Origin: Phycisphaerales bacterium
GTDB lineage: Bacteria; Planctomycetota; Phycisphaerae; WQYP01
Assembly: GCA_027451365.1 (NCBI GenBank)
Contig: DAIDJN010000058.1
Location: 1-64,000, forward strand
Direction of reading: 5' to 3'
DNA length: 64,000 nt
Shown: piece after piece, positions 51,872 to 61,073 of the stretch
How the letters are laid out: every line of letters starts with the position of its first letter
How positions within the stretch are numbered: position 1 is the first letter of the stretch
The notes under the pieces: model-generated
The model's input: the letters and a program-made list of their open reading frames with translations, nothing else
The model's database searches: none
Told to the model about the DNA's origin: nothing
Translations under genes and position numbers: made by a program

Positions 51872-54800
51872 ATGAATAAGAATTCATTTCACTTCATTGG
51901 CCAACGCACACGGAATAGGAATCTTAGCAAAAAAGGATCAGCCTTTCGCCAGGCCAAACGTGCACGTTTAACAATGACGGCATATTGCGGCTTAGCCGCG
52001 GCTTCGCTGTTGCTGATCGGTTCGCCGACGCGGCATGCCGTGGCGGGTACTATTACATGGACCGACAGTACGAATTCGCATTTGTGGAGCGATAGTGGCA
52101 ACTGGAATCCCTCAGGTCCCCCCAGTGGTGACGATGTGGTAATCGGCAGCCCGGCGAGCAGTTCCACGCCGTCTCAGGTGAATCAAAGCTTTTCCATCAA
52201 TTCCTTGACCGTTGATTCGGACAGTGAATTGGATGTGAATGCGGGCAACAATTTGGTGGTTGCCAACAGCATTACGGACAATGGAACGATAAAGCTGAAT
52301 AGCACTGCCGCAAACTCTGGTACCGGGCTGGGAATAAGTGGTGTGGTCACCCTGACCGGTGCAGGCAATCTGATTCTTAACGCCTTTCCCACGGCCACGG
52401 GCACTGCAAATGTATATGATGCCGGCAGCAGCAATCTGACTCAGGATGTGCACCATACCATTGAAGGTACGGGCCAGATTAACGTCAACAGTTTCACAAA
52501 TAACGGCACGGTCGACGCCAATTCCAGTGGCAATACCCTGCTGCTGGACTCCAATAGTTCAACCTACACAAACAACAACCTGATGGAAGCGACAAGCGGT
52601 GGAATTCTGGAGGAATCAAATACCACCATCAATCAGGGCACCAGTGGCCTGATTGAAGCCGCCGGCGGCAATGTGCTGCTTAATGGCGGCACAATTTCCG
52701 GCGGCACGCTGACAAGCCTTTCCGGCAGCGAGATTGATGAACAGAATAATACCGCTTTGGCTGGTGTGACTGTTTCCGGTGGTACCAACCTGTATGTGTT
52801 GGATGGCAACAATCTGGTCCTCAATTCGACGACCCTTACCAACAACGGCACGATTACCGTAAACAAGGGTGGCGCCAATATCGGTACGGGCATCGCCATT
52901 GGTGGGGCTGTCGAACTTGCGGGAACTGGTTCGATTGTACTCAACGCCAACGGCACCGCCCTGGTGGATGCCAATTTCCACGACGGCGGCAGCAGTAATC
53001 TGACGCAAGATGCGGGCCATACCATTGAAGGTACGGGCCAGATTAACGTCAACAGTTTCACCAACAACGGCATCGTTAACGCCAATTCCAGTGGCAATAC
53101 ACTGCTGTTGGCCACTAATGGTTCCGCTTACACAAACAACAACCTGATGGAAGCGACAAGCGGTGGAATTCTGGAGGAATCAAATACCACCATCAATCAG
53201 GGCACCAGTGGCCTGATAAAAGCCGCTGGCGGCACGGTGCTGCTTAATGGTGGCACAATTTCCGGCGGCACCCTCACCAGTGCGATCGGCAGCGAGATTG
53301 ATGAACAGGGAAGCACCAATCTCATTGATACAACGACTTCCAGCGGCAGCAATCTTTTTGTGGTCGCCGGACAGAACCTTTCCCTGAATAACGGCAGCAG
53401 CAACGATCTGATTACCAACAACGGCACGATTACCGTAAACAAGGGTGGCTCCAGCACCGGTACGGGCATCGCCATTGGTGGGGCTGTCGAACTTGCGGGA
53501 ACCGGTTCGATTGTACTCAACGCCAACGGCACCGCCCTGGTGGATGCTAATTTCCACGACGGCGGCAGCAGTAATCTGACGCAAGATGCGGGCCATACCA
53601 TTGAAGGTACCGGACAGATTAACGTCAACATTTTTACCAACAACGGCATCGTTAACGCCAATTCCAGTGGCAATACACTGCTGTTGGCCACTAACAATGG
53701 CTCAACCTACACAAACAACAACCTGATGGAAGCGACAAGCGGTGGAATTCTGGAGGAATCAAATACCACCATCAATCAGGGCCCCAATGGCCTGATTGAA
53801 GCCAATGGCGGAAATGTGCTCCTTAATGGTGGCACAATTTCCGGCGGCACGCTGACGAGCCTTTCCGGCAGCGAGATTGATGAACAGAATAATACCGCTT
53901 TGGCTGGTGTGACTGTTTCCGGTGGTACCAACCTGTATGTGTTGGATGGCAACAATCTGTTCCTCAATTCGACGACCCTTACCAACAATGGCACGATTAC
54001 CGTAAACAAGGGTGGCTCCAGCACCGGTACGGGCATCGCTATTGGTGGGGCTGTCGAACTTGCGGGAACTGGCTCGATTGTACTCAACGCCAATAGCGCA
54101 TCCGTCGGGGATGCCAATTTCCACGACGGCGGCAACAGCAATCTGACGCAAGATTTGGGCCACACCATTTCCGGCACCGGCGAAATTAATGTCAACGCTT
54201 TCACCAATAACGGCATCGTTAACGCCAATTCCAGTGGCAATACCCTGCTGCTGGTCTCCAATAGTTCAACCTACACAAACAACAACCTGATGGAAGCCAC
54301 CGGCAAAGGAATTCTGGAGGAAATAAATACCACCATCAACCAGGGCACCAATGGCCTGATTGAAGCCTCTGGCGGCACGGTACTGCTTAATGGCGGCACA
54401 ATTTCCGGCGGCACCCTCACCAGTGCCAGCGGCAGCGAGATTGATGAACAGAATAATACCGCTGTGGCTGGTGTGACTGTTTCCGGTGGTACCAACCTGT
54501 ATGTGTTGGATGGCAACAATCTGTTCCTCAATTCGACGACCCTTACCAACAACGGCACCATTACCGTAAACAAGGGTGGCTCCAGCACCGGTACGGGCAT
54601 CGCCATTTTTAACGCCGTCGAACTTGCGGGAACCGGTTCGATTGTACTCAACGCCAATAGCGCATCCGTCGGGGATGCTAATTTCCACGACGGCGGCAGC
54701 AGTAATCTGACGCAAGATGCGGGCCATACCATTGAAGGTACGGGCCAGATTAACGTCAACAGTTTCACCAACAACGGCATCGTTAACGCCAATTCCAGTG

Positions 54801-56290
54801 GCAATACCCTGCTGCTGGTCTCCAATAGTTCAACCTACACCAACAACAACCTGATGGAAGCCACCGGCAAAGGAATTCTGGAGGAAATAAATACCACCAT
54901 CAATCAGGGCCCCAATGGCCTGATTGAAGCCAATGGCGGAAATGTGCTCCTTAATGGTGGCACAATTTCCGGCGGCACGCTGACGAGCCTTTCCGGCGGC
55001 GAGATTGATGAACAGAATAATACCGCTTTGGCCGGTGTGACTGTTTCCGGTGGTACCAACCTGTATGTGTTGGATGGCAACAATCTGTTCCTCAATTCGA
55101 CGACCCTTACCAACAACGGCACGATTACCGTAAACAAGGGTGGCTCCAACACCGGTACGGGCATCGGCATTGTTGGCACCGTCGAACTTGCGGGAACTGG
55201 TTCGATTGTACTCAACGCCAATAGCGCATCCGTCGGGGATGCCAATTTCCATGATGGCGGCAGCAGTAATCTGACGCAAGATGCGGGCCATACCATTGAA
55301 GGTACGGGCCAGATTAACGTCAACAGTTTCACCAACAACGGCACCGTTAATGCCAATGTCAACAGCGACACACTTGCCCTTATCAGCAATAGTTCAACCT
55401 ACACCAACAATGGCACCTTTGAGGCCAGCAATGGCGGCACGCTGGACGCTTCCAGCTCAAACCTTTCCAATTATTCAGCCAGCAACACAACGCTTACCGG
55501 CGGAACTTATGAAGTCACTGCCAACAGCACCATGATTCTGCCCGGCAACGTTACCACTAACAACGCGGACATTATCCTTAGTGGTACCAATACAACTTTC
55601 GCAGCCATTACGCCGCTGAACAACAATGAAGGCAGTTTCCACCTGCTGAACGGAGCGACCTTTACTACGGCGGGGGCGCTGACCAATTCTGGCACAATCG
55701 AAACGGCGGCCGCATTAAGTACCTTGACCGTGACCGGAGCGTTTACTCAGACTGCCGGCCTGACCATGGATAACGGAATTATCAACAATTCATCGACTAT
55801 GGAATTGCAGGGTGGCACGCTGGCAGGCACTGGTATTCTTTCTGGAGCGGTCGATAATACCGGCGGCACTATCAGCCCGGGCGATGCACCAGGTACGCTT
55901 ACCGTCGGCTCATTGAACCAGGGAAGCGATGGCTCATTGGATATTCTTCTGGCCAGCCTGTCGTCTTTCGATCAGCTTAATGTAACTGGCTCGGCAAGTA
56001 TTGCCGGTACCTTGGATGTTACCTTGGCCAACGGCTTCAATGCGCCAAATGGTTCGCAGTTTGATATTCTTACATCATCAGGACTTTCCGGAATATTTGA
56101 TAAGGTCGTCCTGCCTTCAGATTTTACAATTTCGTATACAGGTACAGATGTAATTCTGAATTACACGAATAACAGTCCGGCCGCAGCGCCCTCGCCTGCT
56201 TCGTTTACGCTGGCGGCGGCAGGTTTGCTGGGAATTGCTGGTCTTGGCCTGCTGCGGCGTTTTCGGCTGGTTTCGTTCGGTACCCGCTGA
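51872..56290 (+). CDS. Large secreted beta-helix-type repeat protein with a PEP-CTERM-like (PSP) anchor
   Basis: Long signal peptide ending AVA; WTD...WSDSGNW; N/G/T/S-rich repeats; ISPGDAPGTL..FDQLNVTG; ends APSPASF, TM helix, RRFR. Start 51872 (GGGAG upstream) or 51848. Confidence 0.88.
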   Translation: MNKNSFHFIGQRTRNRNLSKKGSAFRQAKRARLTMTAYCGLAAASLLLIGSPTRHAVAGTITWTDSTNSHLWSDSGNWNPSGPPSGDDVVIGSPASSSTPSQVNQSFSINSLTVDSDSELDVNAGNNLVVANSITDNGTIKLNSTAANSGTGLGISGVVTLTGAGNLILNAFPTATGTANVYDAGSSNLTQDVHHTIEGTGQINVNSFTNNGTVDANSSGNTLLLDSNSSTYTNNNLMEATSGGILEESNTTINQGTSGLIEAAGGNVLLNGGTISGGTLTSLSGSEIDEQNNTALAGVTVSGGTNLYVLDGNNLVLNSTTLTNNGTITVNKGGANIGTGIAIGGAVELAGTGSIVLNANGTALVDANFHDGGSSNLTQDAGHTIEGTGQINVNSFTNNGIVNANSSGNTLLLATNGSAYTNNNLMEATSGGILEESNTTINQGTSGLIKAAGGTVLLNGGTISGGTLTSAIGSEIDEQGSTNLIDTTTSSGSNLFVVAGQNLSLNNGSSNDLITNNGTITVNKGGSSTGTGIAIGGAVELAGTGSIVLNANGTALVDANFHDGGSSNLTQDAGHTIEGTGQINVNIFTNNGIVNANSSGNTLLLATNNGSTYTNNNLMEATSGGILEESNTTINQGPNGLIEANGGNVLLNGGTISGGTLTSLSGSEIDEQNNTALAGVTVSGGTNLYVLDGNNLFLNSTTLTNNGTITVNKGGSSTGTGIAIGGAVELAGTGSIVLNANSASVGDANFHDGGNSNLTQDLGHTISGTGEINVNAFTNNGIVNANSSGNTLLLVSNSSTYTNNNLMEATGKGILEEINTTINQGTNGLIEASGGTVLLNGGTISGGTLTSASGSEIDEQNNTAVAGVTVSGGTNLYVLDGNNLFLNSTTLTNNGTITVNKGGSSTGTGIAIFNAVELAGTGSIVLNANSASVGDANFHDGGSSNLTQDAGHTIEGTGQINVNSFTNNGIVNANSSGNTLLLVSNSSTYTNNNLMEATGKGILEEINTTINQGPNGLIEANGGNVLLNGGTISGGTLTSLSGGEIDEQNNTALAGVTVSGGTNLYVLDGNNLFLNSTTLTNNGTITVNKGGSNTGTGIGIVGTVELAGTGSIVLNANSASVGDANFHDGGSSNLTQDAGHTIEGTGQINVNSFTNNGTVNANVNSDTLALISNSSTYTNNGTFEASNGGTLDASSSNLSNYSASNTTLTGGTYEVTANSTMILPGNVTTNNADIILSGTNTTFAAITPLNNNEGSFHLLNGATFTTAGALTNSGTIETAAALSTLTVTGAFTQTAGLTMDNGIINNSSTMELQGGTLAGTGILSGAVDNTGGTISPGDAPGTLTVGSLNQGSDGSLDILLASLSSFDQLNVTGSASIAGTLDVTLANGFNAPNGSQFDILTSSGLSGIFDKVVLPSDFTISYTGTDVILNYTNNSPAAAPSPASFTLAAAGLLGIAGLGLLRRFRLVSFGTR
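52430..55410 (+). repeat. About 5.3 near-identical tandem units of 564 bp (one of 579 bp)
   Basis: Marker aacaacaacctgatggaagc at 52571, 53135, 53714, 54278 and 54842, with the equivalent position at 55406; spacings 564/579/564/564/564. Confidence 0.95.
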
Positions 56291-56403
56291 TAAGGGCACC
56301 CAATTCAGCCGTAAAACAGACTTGGGTCGCGCACGGCCGTGGGCGGCTCGGCTATTCTGGTATGCCGGCGAAGCGGTCTTGGCTCACGCTGAAATGTGGG
56401 TGA

Positions 56404-57573
56404 TCAGGCCGTGCGGCCACGCCATTTCACCGGGCGGCCAAGGAACCGGCGGCAGAATGCGTACCATTGAATGATTACCAGCAGAACAATTCCCAGCGGG
56501 TGCAGCACAACGCCCAGCCAGGATTGGCGGAAGCGAACCGCCGCAATGCTGCGCGGCAAATAGACAGCCACGCAACCCACGTAACTTATAAGATACGGCC
56601 AGGGTGAAGGCCACCGAATCGCCCAGATCAGAAAAACAAGCGGCATCACCTGGCCGCCAATCAGAATAAGACTGGCCGGTAAAATAAGTTGCGGATTGGC
56701 AATTCCTTCGGCCGCATTTTTTGCAAGTCCAGTCCAGACCTCGGCGGCGGAAGCATACATTCGGCAGGTGCAAAAGTCGGTTGCATCAAACAGGTCGGTC
56801 CGCAATCCAGCCTGACGGAACGCGCGGGGAAGCGTCAGACCATCATGTCGCGATAAGCGAATGGCCCGGTGCCCATCCGCGGCAAAGTATTCGGTTCGCC
56901 GGGCTAAAAAAAGCTGTCCGCAACCCGCACCAAACGCGGGGCTGGCATTTTGTCGCATTTTCCACAATGGCAGATAGCCGAGCAGAACAAAATGAATCAG
57001 GGGCAGCAGTAATTTTTCCAGGAGCGTTCCGGTGATCTGTCGGGGAAAACCGCTGGCGAGTGGTGCCGTCGATTGCCGCATAAAGCTTTCTGCGCGATCC
57101 AGCGCCTGCGGTTCCAGCCGCACATCGGCATCCATAAACACCAGCAGATCGCCGCGGGATTCGAGTGCCAGCGTCCAACACGCAAACTGCTTGCCGCACC
57201 AGCCGGGTGGAAGGGAATTGCCGGAAATCAGCCGAATGCGCGAATCGGCTTTGGCGATTTCGCGGACGATTGCACCGGTGCGGTCGGTCGACTGGTCGTC
57301 CAAAATGAGAAGTTCCAGTGAAAGGCAATCATTGGCCAAGGCGCTTTGAATAGCGGCCGCAATATTGGTTTCTTCATTACGGGCGGGAATCAGGATGGAA
57401 ACCAGGGGCTTTTCCGGATTTTGGTCCGGCTTCGCGGGCAAAGTCGGATCGGCTGCCAGGGCGTTTTTTTCCGCGGGTGGCAACGCCTTAAAATGCTGGA
57501 GATTCGCCAGAAATATGCCTGCGGGAACCAAGGCCAGAACTGTGCAGACAATTGCAAGAAAAAATATAGTCAC
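56404..57573 (-). CDS. Membrane GT2 glycosyltransferase (CrtQ/CruC-like)
   Basis: IPARNEE, DDQSTD, PPGWCGKQFAC, DADV, CGQ, CRMY. GTG start overlaps the upstream stop. Confidence 0.85.
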   Translation of the reverse strand: MTIFFLAIVCTVLALVPAGIFLANLQHFKALPPAEKNALAADPTLPAKPDQNPEKPLVSILIPARNEETNIAAAIQSALANDCLSLELLILDDQSTDRTGAIVREIAKADSRIRLISGNSLPPGWCGKQFACWTLALESRGDLLVFMDADVRLEPQALDRAESFMRQSTAPLASGFPRQITGTLLEKLLLPLIHFVLLGYLPLWKMRQNASPAFGAGCGQLFLARRTEYFAADGHRAIRLSRHDGLTLPRAFRQAGLRTDLFDATDFCTCRMYASAAEVWTGLAKNAAEGIANPQLILPASLILIGGQVMPLVFLIWAIRWPSPWPYLISYVGCVAVYLPRSIAAVRFRQSWLGVVLHPLGIVLLVIIQWYAFCRRFLGRPVKWRGRTA

Positions 57574-58403
57574 GCCTGCGGACCCTCGTGGCCGGGAAAA
57601 AAAACGCGGCCCTTGCGCCACGCATTCGTGCGACGCGCCAGGTCATATATACCGCCTATACCGATGCGGCCGGTAAGCAAGGTGGTAAAGCGGGCCGGTT
57701 CGCGGGTGATAACGTTTTGTGCCAGCGCGGTTTGCCCATAACCCAAGGCGTCGGCAAGGTGGCTCGTCCATTGGGCCGCCGTGGTCGGCCCAATGGAATG
57801 ATTCGACTGGTCCTGCCGGGCGATTGTCAGCACGGGCGTACCGAACCGGATAAAGGCCTCCGGCAGCCGCTCCTGCCAGAAGGCATATTCAATGGCCACG
57901 GGTATAAGTGTGAGCGGGTAAATGCTTGCGGCCAGGTGGCCGATGCCCGGCCGCAGCGGTGCGCTGATGTTACGCGGATCGGTGAAGTCACCCTGCGGGG
58001 TAAGCCAAAGTGCCATCTTTTGTTCCCGCAGGATGGCGCGGCTTGTTTGCAGAAATCTCAATGTGCCACGCCGACAATTCCGCTGTATGCCAAAAAATCC
58101 AATTTTCATCATGAACCGATAGCGTTCCAGGGCTGCGGCGTCTATGGGCGCAAAATGTTGATAATCGGGATAGCAGCGGAAGGCGATGGCGGCTGCCACC
58201 AGCGGGTCCCACCAGGATGGATGATTCATATAAAACAGCGTGGGACCGGAAAGCACCGGTACGGGTGTCTGGCGGTCAATCCGCACGGAATTAAAATGTT
58301 TACGCAGATAGTATATGAAATAATGGCTGAAAAATGCGAACAGTGGTGGCGATATGACTGGCGGCCGGCAGCGTTCCGCGGGTTCTTTGTTTGTCCTGGG
58401 CAT
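57570..58403 (-). CDS. PlsC-family acyltransferase (CruD-like)
   Basis: NHPSWWD (HX4D), LTPQG, PGIGHLA, EYAFWQERLPE. Confidence 0.85.
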   Translation of the reverse strand: MPRTNKEPAERCRPPVISPPLFAFFSHYFIYYLRKHFNSVRIDRQTPVPVLSGPTLFYMNHPSWWDPLVAAAIAFRCYPDYQHFAPIDAAALERYRFMMKIGFFGIQRNCRRGTLRFLQTSRAILREQKMALWLTPQGDFTDPRNISAPLRPGIGHLAASIYPLTLIPVAIEYAFWQERLPEAFIRFGTPVLTIARQDQSNHSIGPTTAAQWTSHLADALGYGQTALAQNVITREPARFTTLLTGRIGIGGIYDLARRTNAWRKGRVFFPGHEGPQA

Positions 58404-58575
58404 TGAATAACTCCAGCGCCGCGCCGGCGTCCGGCGGCATCGCGACCATTTAATTATACCCGCGCCGGTTCCAAAGGCATGGACAGCCTGTGGCCCCTGT
58501 CATACCATTTATTCAGCGAAAGATGCCGCCGCAATGGCCGCGGCGGTTGGCCATCCATTTTATACAGGGGATTGC

Positions 58576-59733
58576 ATGGTAGAGTTTTCCACCGCAAAAG
58601 TCAGCACGGGGCCGGGCGCGGGCCCCGCCGGGCGGGTCCCGATGTTCGAGTTGGTCACGCAATATCAACCGCTGCGGGCCGAAATTGAACAGGCCATCCA
58701 CCAGGTGCTGGAAACAACAGAATACATCGGGGGAAGCGCGCTTAAGCGGTTTGAAGAAAACCTTGGGCGTTATACCCAGGCCCATGCCATTGCCGTAAGC
58801 AGCGGTACCGACGCCATTCTGGCCACGCTGATGGCGTTGAACATCGGCCGGGGAGATGAAGTGATTACCACGCCGTTTACCTTTTTCGCCACGGCTGGCT
58901 GTATTTCGCGTGTGGGGGCGGTTCCCGTTTTTGTGGATATTGATCCGGCCAGTTTTCTGATGGATATTTCCAGCGTCGGTGCGGCCATGACCTCCGCAAC
59001 CCGGGCGATTCTGCCGGTGCACCTGTTCGGCCAGATGTGTGACATGGCGGCGCTGGCGGGTCTGGCTTCCGGTGGCCGGATTTCCATTGTGGAAGATGCG
59101 GCCCAAAGTATTGGTTCGCGCGATCCGAACGGCAACCAGGGCGCGCAACTTGGACGGGCCGCCTGCCTTTCGTTTTACCCGACGAAAAATCTTGGTGCCG
59201 CCGGCGATGCGGGCGCGATTCTTACACGCGACGCCGCGTTCGCCGCACGACTGGCCCAGACGCGTCAGCATGGTGAAACCACACGTTACCACCACGCTTT
59301 TGTGGGCGGCAATTTTCGCCTGGATGGGATTCAATGCGCCGTGCTTGACGTTAAATTAAAATATGTTGATAGATGGAATAATCGGCGGCGGGAAATAGCC
59401 GCCATTTACGACGCCCGCTTTGCCGGTACAGATGTGCAGCCGCCCGTTGCGCTGCCCGGGGGCCATCATGTGTATCACCAGTATGTGGTGCGGGCACCGC
59501 GGCGAGATGCCCTTCGCGACCATCTGACGAAATTTGGCATCGGCTGCGCCATTTACTATCCGCTGCCATTGCACCTGCAGGAGTGTTTTGCGCACCTTGG
59601 TTATAAACCAGGTGCGTTTCCTCATGCGGAAAAAGCCTGTTTGGACGTGCTGGCGCTGCCCGTTTTTCCGGAACTGACCGATGCGCAGGTGCATCAGGTG
59701 GCCGATGCGGTTCTGGCTTTTTATCGCGGCTGA
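58576..59733 (+). CDS. DegT/DnrJ/EryC1/StrS sugar aminotransferase
   Basis: SSGTDA, TFFAT, PVHLFGQ, EDAAQ, SFYPTKNLG, GGNFRLD. Confidence 0.93.
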   Translation: MVEFSTAKVSTGPGAGPAGRVPMFELVTQYQPLRAEIEQAIHQVLETTEYIGGSALKRFEENLGRYTQAHAIAVSSGTDAILATLMALNIGRGDEVITTPFTFFATAGCISRVGAVPVFVDIDPASFLMDISSVGAAMTSATRAILPVHLFGQMCDMAALAGLASGGRISIVEDAAQSIGSRDPNGNQGAQLGRAACLSFYPTKNLGAAGDAGAILTRDAAFAARLAQTRQHGETTRYHHAFVGGNFRLDGIQCAVLDVKLKYVDRWNNRRREIAAIYDARFAGTDVQPPVALPGGHHVYHQYVVRAPRRDALRDHLTKFGIGCAIYYPLPLHLQECFAHLGYKPGAFPHAEKACLDVLALPVFPELTDAQVHQVADAVLAFYRG

Positions 59734-59756
59734 TCGCGTAATGATGCGAAAGCGTT

Positions 59757-60812
59757 TTACGCGAGGTCCGTCAATTTTTCCGCCTTTGTGGTCGCCTGAT
59801 GCAGCGGATTGGGATCTTTCCGCAGAATCATCCAGATCAGGAATACCAACCCGCCCAGCAGCATCGGAACACTGTAAATGATGCCCAGGCTTATCCAGTG
59901 CCCGAAGATCAGCTTCGGCTGGTCCCCCACACGGAACTGTTCCCCGATGATCCGCATGATTGGATAACCAACGGCAAAAGTTGCCGCCGCAATTCCCTCT
60001 TTCTTCCATTTACGTCCCACGAAAAAGCAGATCAGAAACAGGATGAGGCCCTCAAAAAATGCCTCAATAAGTTCACTGGGAATGCGCGGCGGCAGAATAT
60101 GCCTTAATTGTGCGATGACAAAAGGGTGTCCCTGACGCGAAAGATTCACGATTTCCTGTCGCGGATTGGTCGCCATGGCATGGGCCAGGTGCGGGTGCCG
60201 CAGCAGAATCTGTTCTTCCAGCCGATGCACGGCAATGCTGCTGACCGTCGGCTCGGTTTTTAATTGCGGGGGAAAAATAAGCTCGGTCGGATACTGAACC
60301 GCCAGCGGGCCGTGCCACACATGCCCGTAAAGTTCGCCATTAATAAAATTGGCGATTCTGCCGAAAAATAGCCCTATCGGGGCCACCATGGCGCCACAAT
60401 CCACCAGGTTCAGCCAGCGGTAACCGTGGCGGCGTCCGAAAACCCAACTGGCCACAAACACCCCGATAATTCCACCATGTGCGGCCATTCCCCCATCCTG
60501 CACCATCAACAGGCTCCACCAGGGGAAATGAGATGAAAATGTGGTGAACATGTGCGGGCGGTAGAGTGCCGCTTCCCCCAGCCGTCCGCCAATCATCACG
60601 CCAAAAATGGCCACGAACAGGACGTAATCGAGCAGTTTGTCGCGTGGCAGCAACATGCGACCGGTTTTAATAAATCGAGCCATCAGCAGATACGCAATGA
60701 TAAATCCAGTCAGATAGGCAGTGCCATACCAGCGAATGCCGAATCCGGACTGCCTCCATTGCACAATGAACGGATTCAGAGTTTCAATGTAATACGCAAG
60801 AATAGGGGTCAC
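59757..60812 (-). CDS. lgt: Prolipoprotein diacylglyceryl transferase
   Basis: IRWYG, GGRLG, GMAAHGG, GRIANFINGELYG, RIIGEQFR. Confidence 0.93.
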   Translation of the reverse strand: MTPILAYYIETLNPFIVQWRQSGFGIRWYGTAYLTGFIIAYLLMARFIKTGRMLLPRDKLLDYVLFVAIFGVMIGGRLGEAALYRPHMFTTFSSHFPWWSLLMVQDGGMAAHGGIIGVFVASWVFGRRHGYRWLNLVDCGAMVAPIGLFFGRIANFINGELYGHVWHGPLAVQYPTELIFPPQLKTEPTVSSIAVHRLEEQILLRHPHLAHAMATNPRQEIVNLSRQGHPFVIAQLRHILPPRIPSELIEAFFEGLILFLICFFVGRKWKKEGIAAATFAVGYPIMRIIGEQFRVGDQPKLIFGHWISLGIIYSVPMLLGGLVFLIWMILRKDPNPLHQATTKAEKLTDLA

Positions 60813-61073
60813 GTTGCTCCTTTGCCAGCGGGATAACTCAATGCCATTCTACCGTTTGGCGTCGCATCTGGTTCATTCCCAGGTTGCAAAACCGCGCTGT
60901 TAAGCCGTTTGGACATGGCTGATGCCGATTGTCCGGGACTGATACTTTACCGAATAAGCAAAGTTTCTTACACTGCCCCAACTCCGATGGCCCCAAGGTC
61001 GGGTGCAAAAGGTTCGCCAATGTGGTTGAACGGATGGCACGCTTCGGCCCGCGGGTGAAGCTGTTTTAAGGAA

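Noticed and set aside
52430..55410. Repeat array as a CRISPR or DGR template/variable pair
   Set aside because: Units are in-frame 564-bp coding repeats without unique spacers, differences are block-wise rather than adenine-specific, and no intact RT or cas gene is present.
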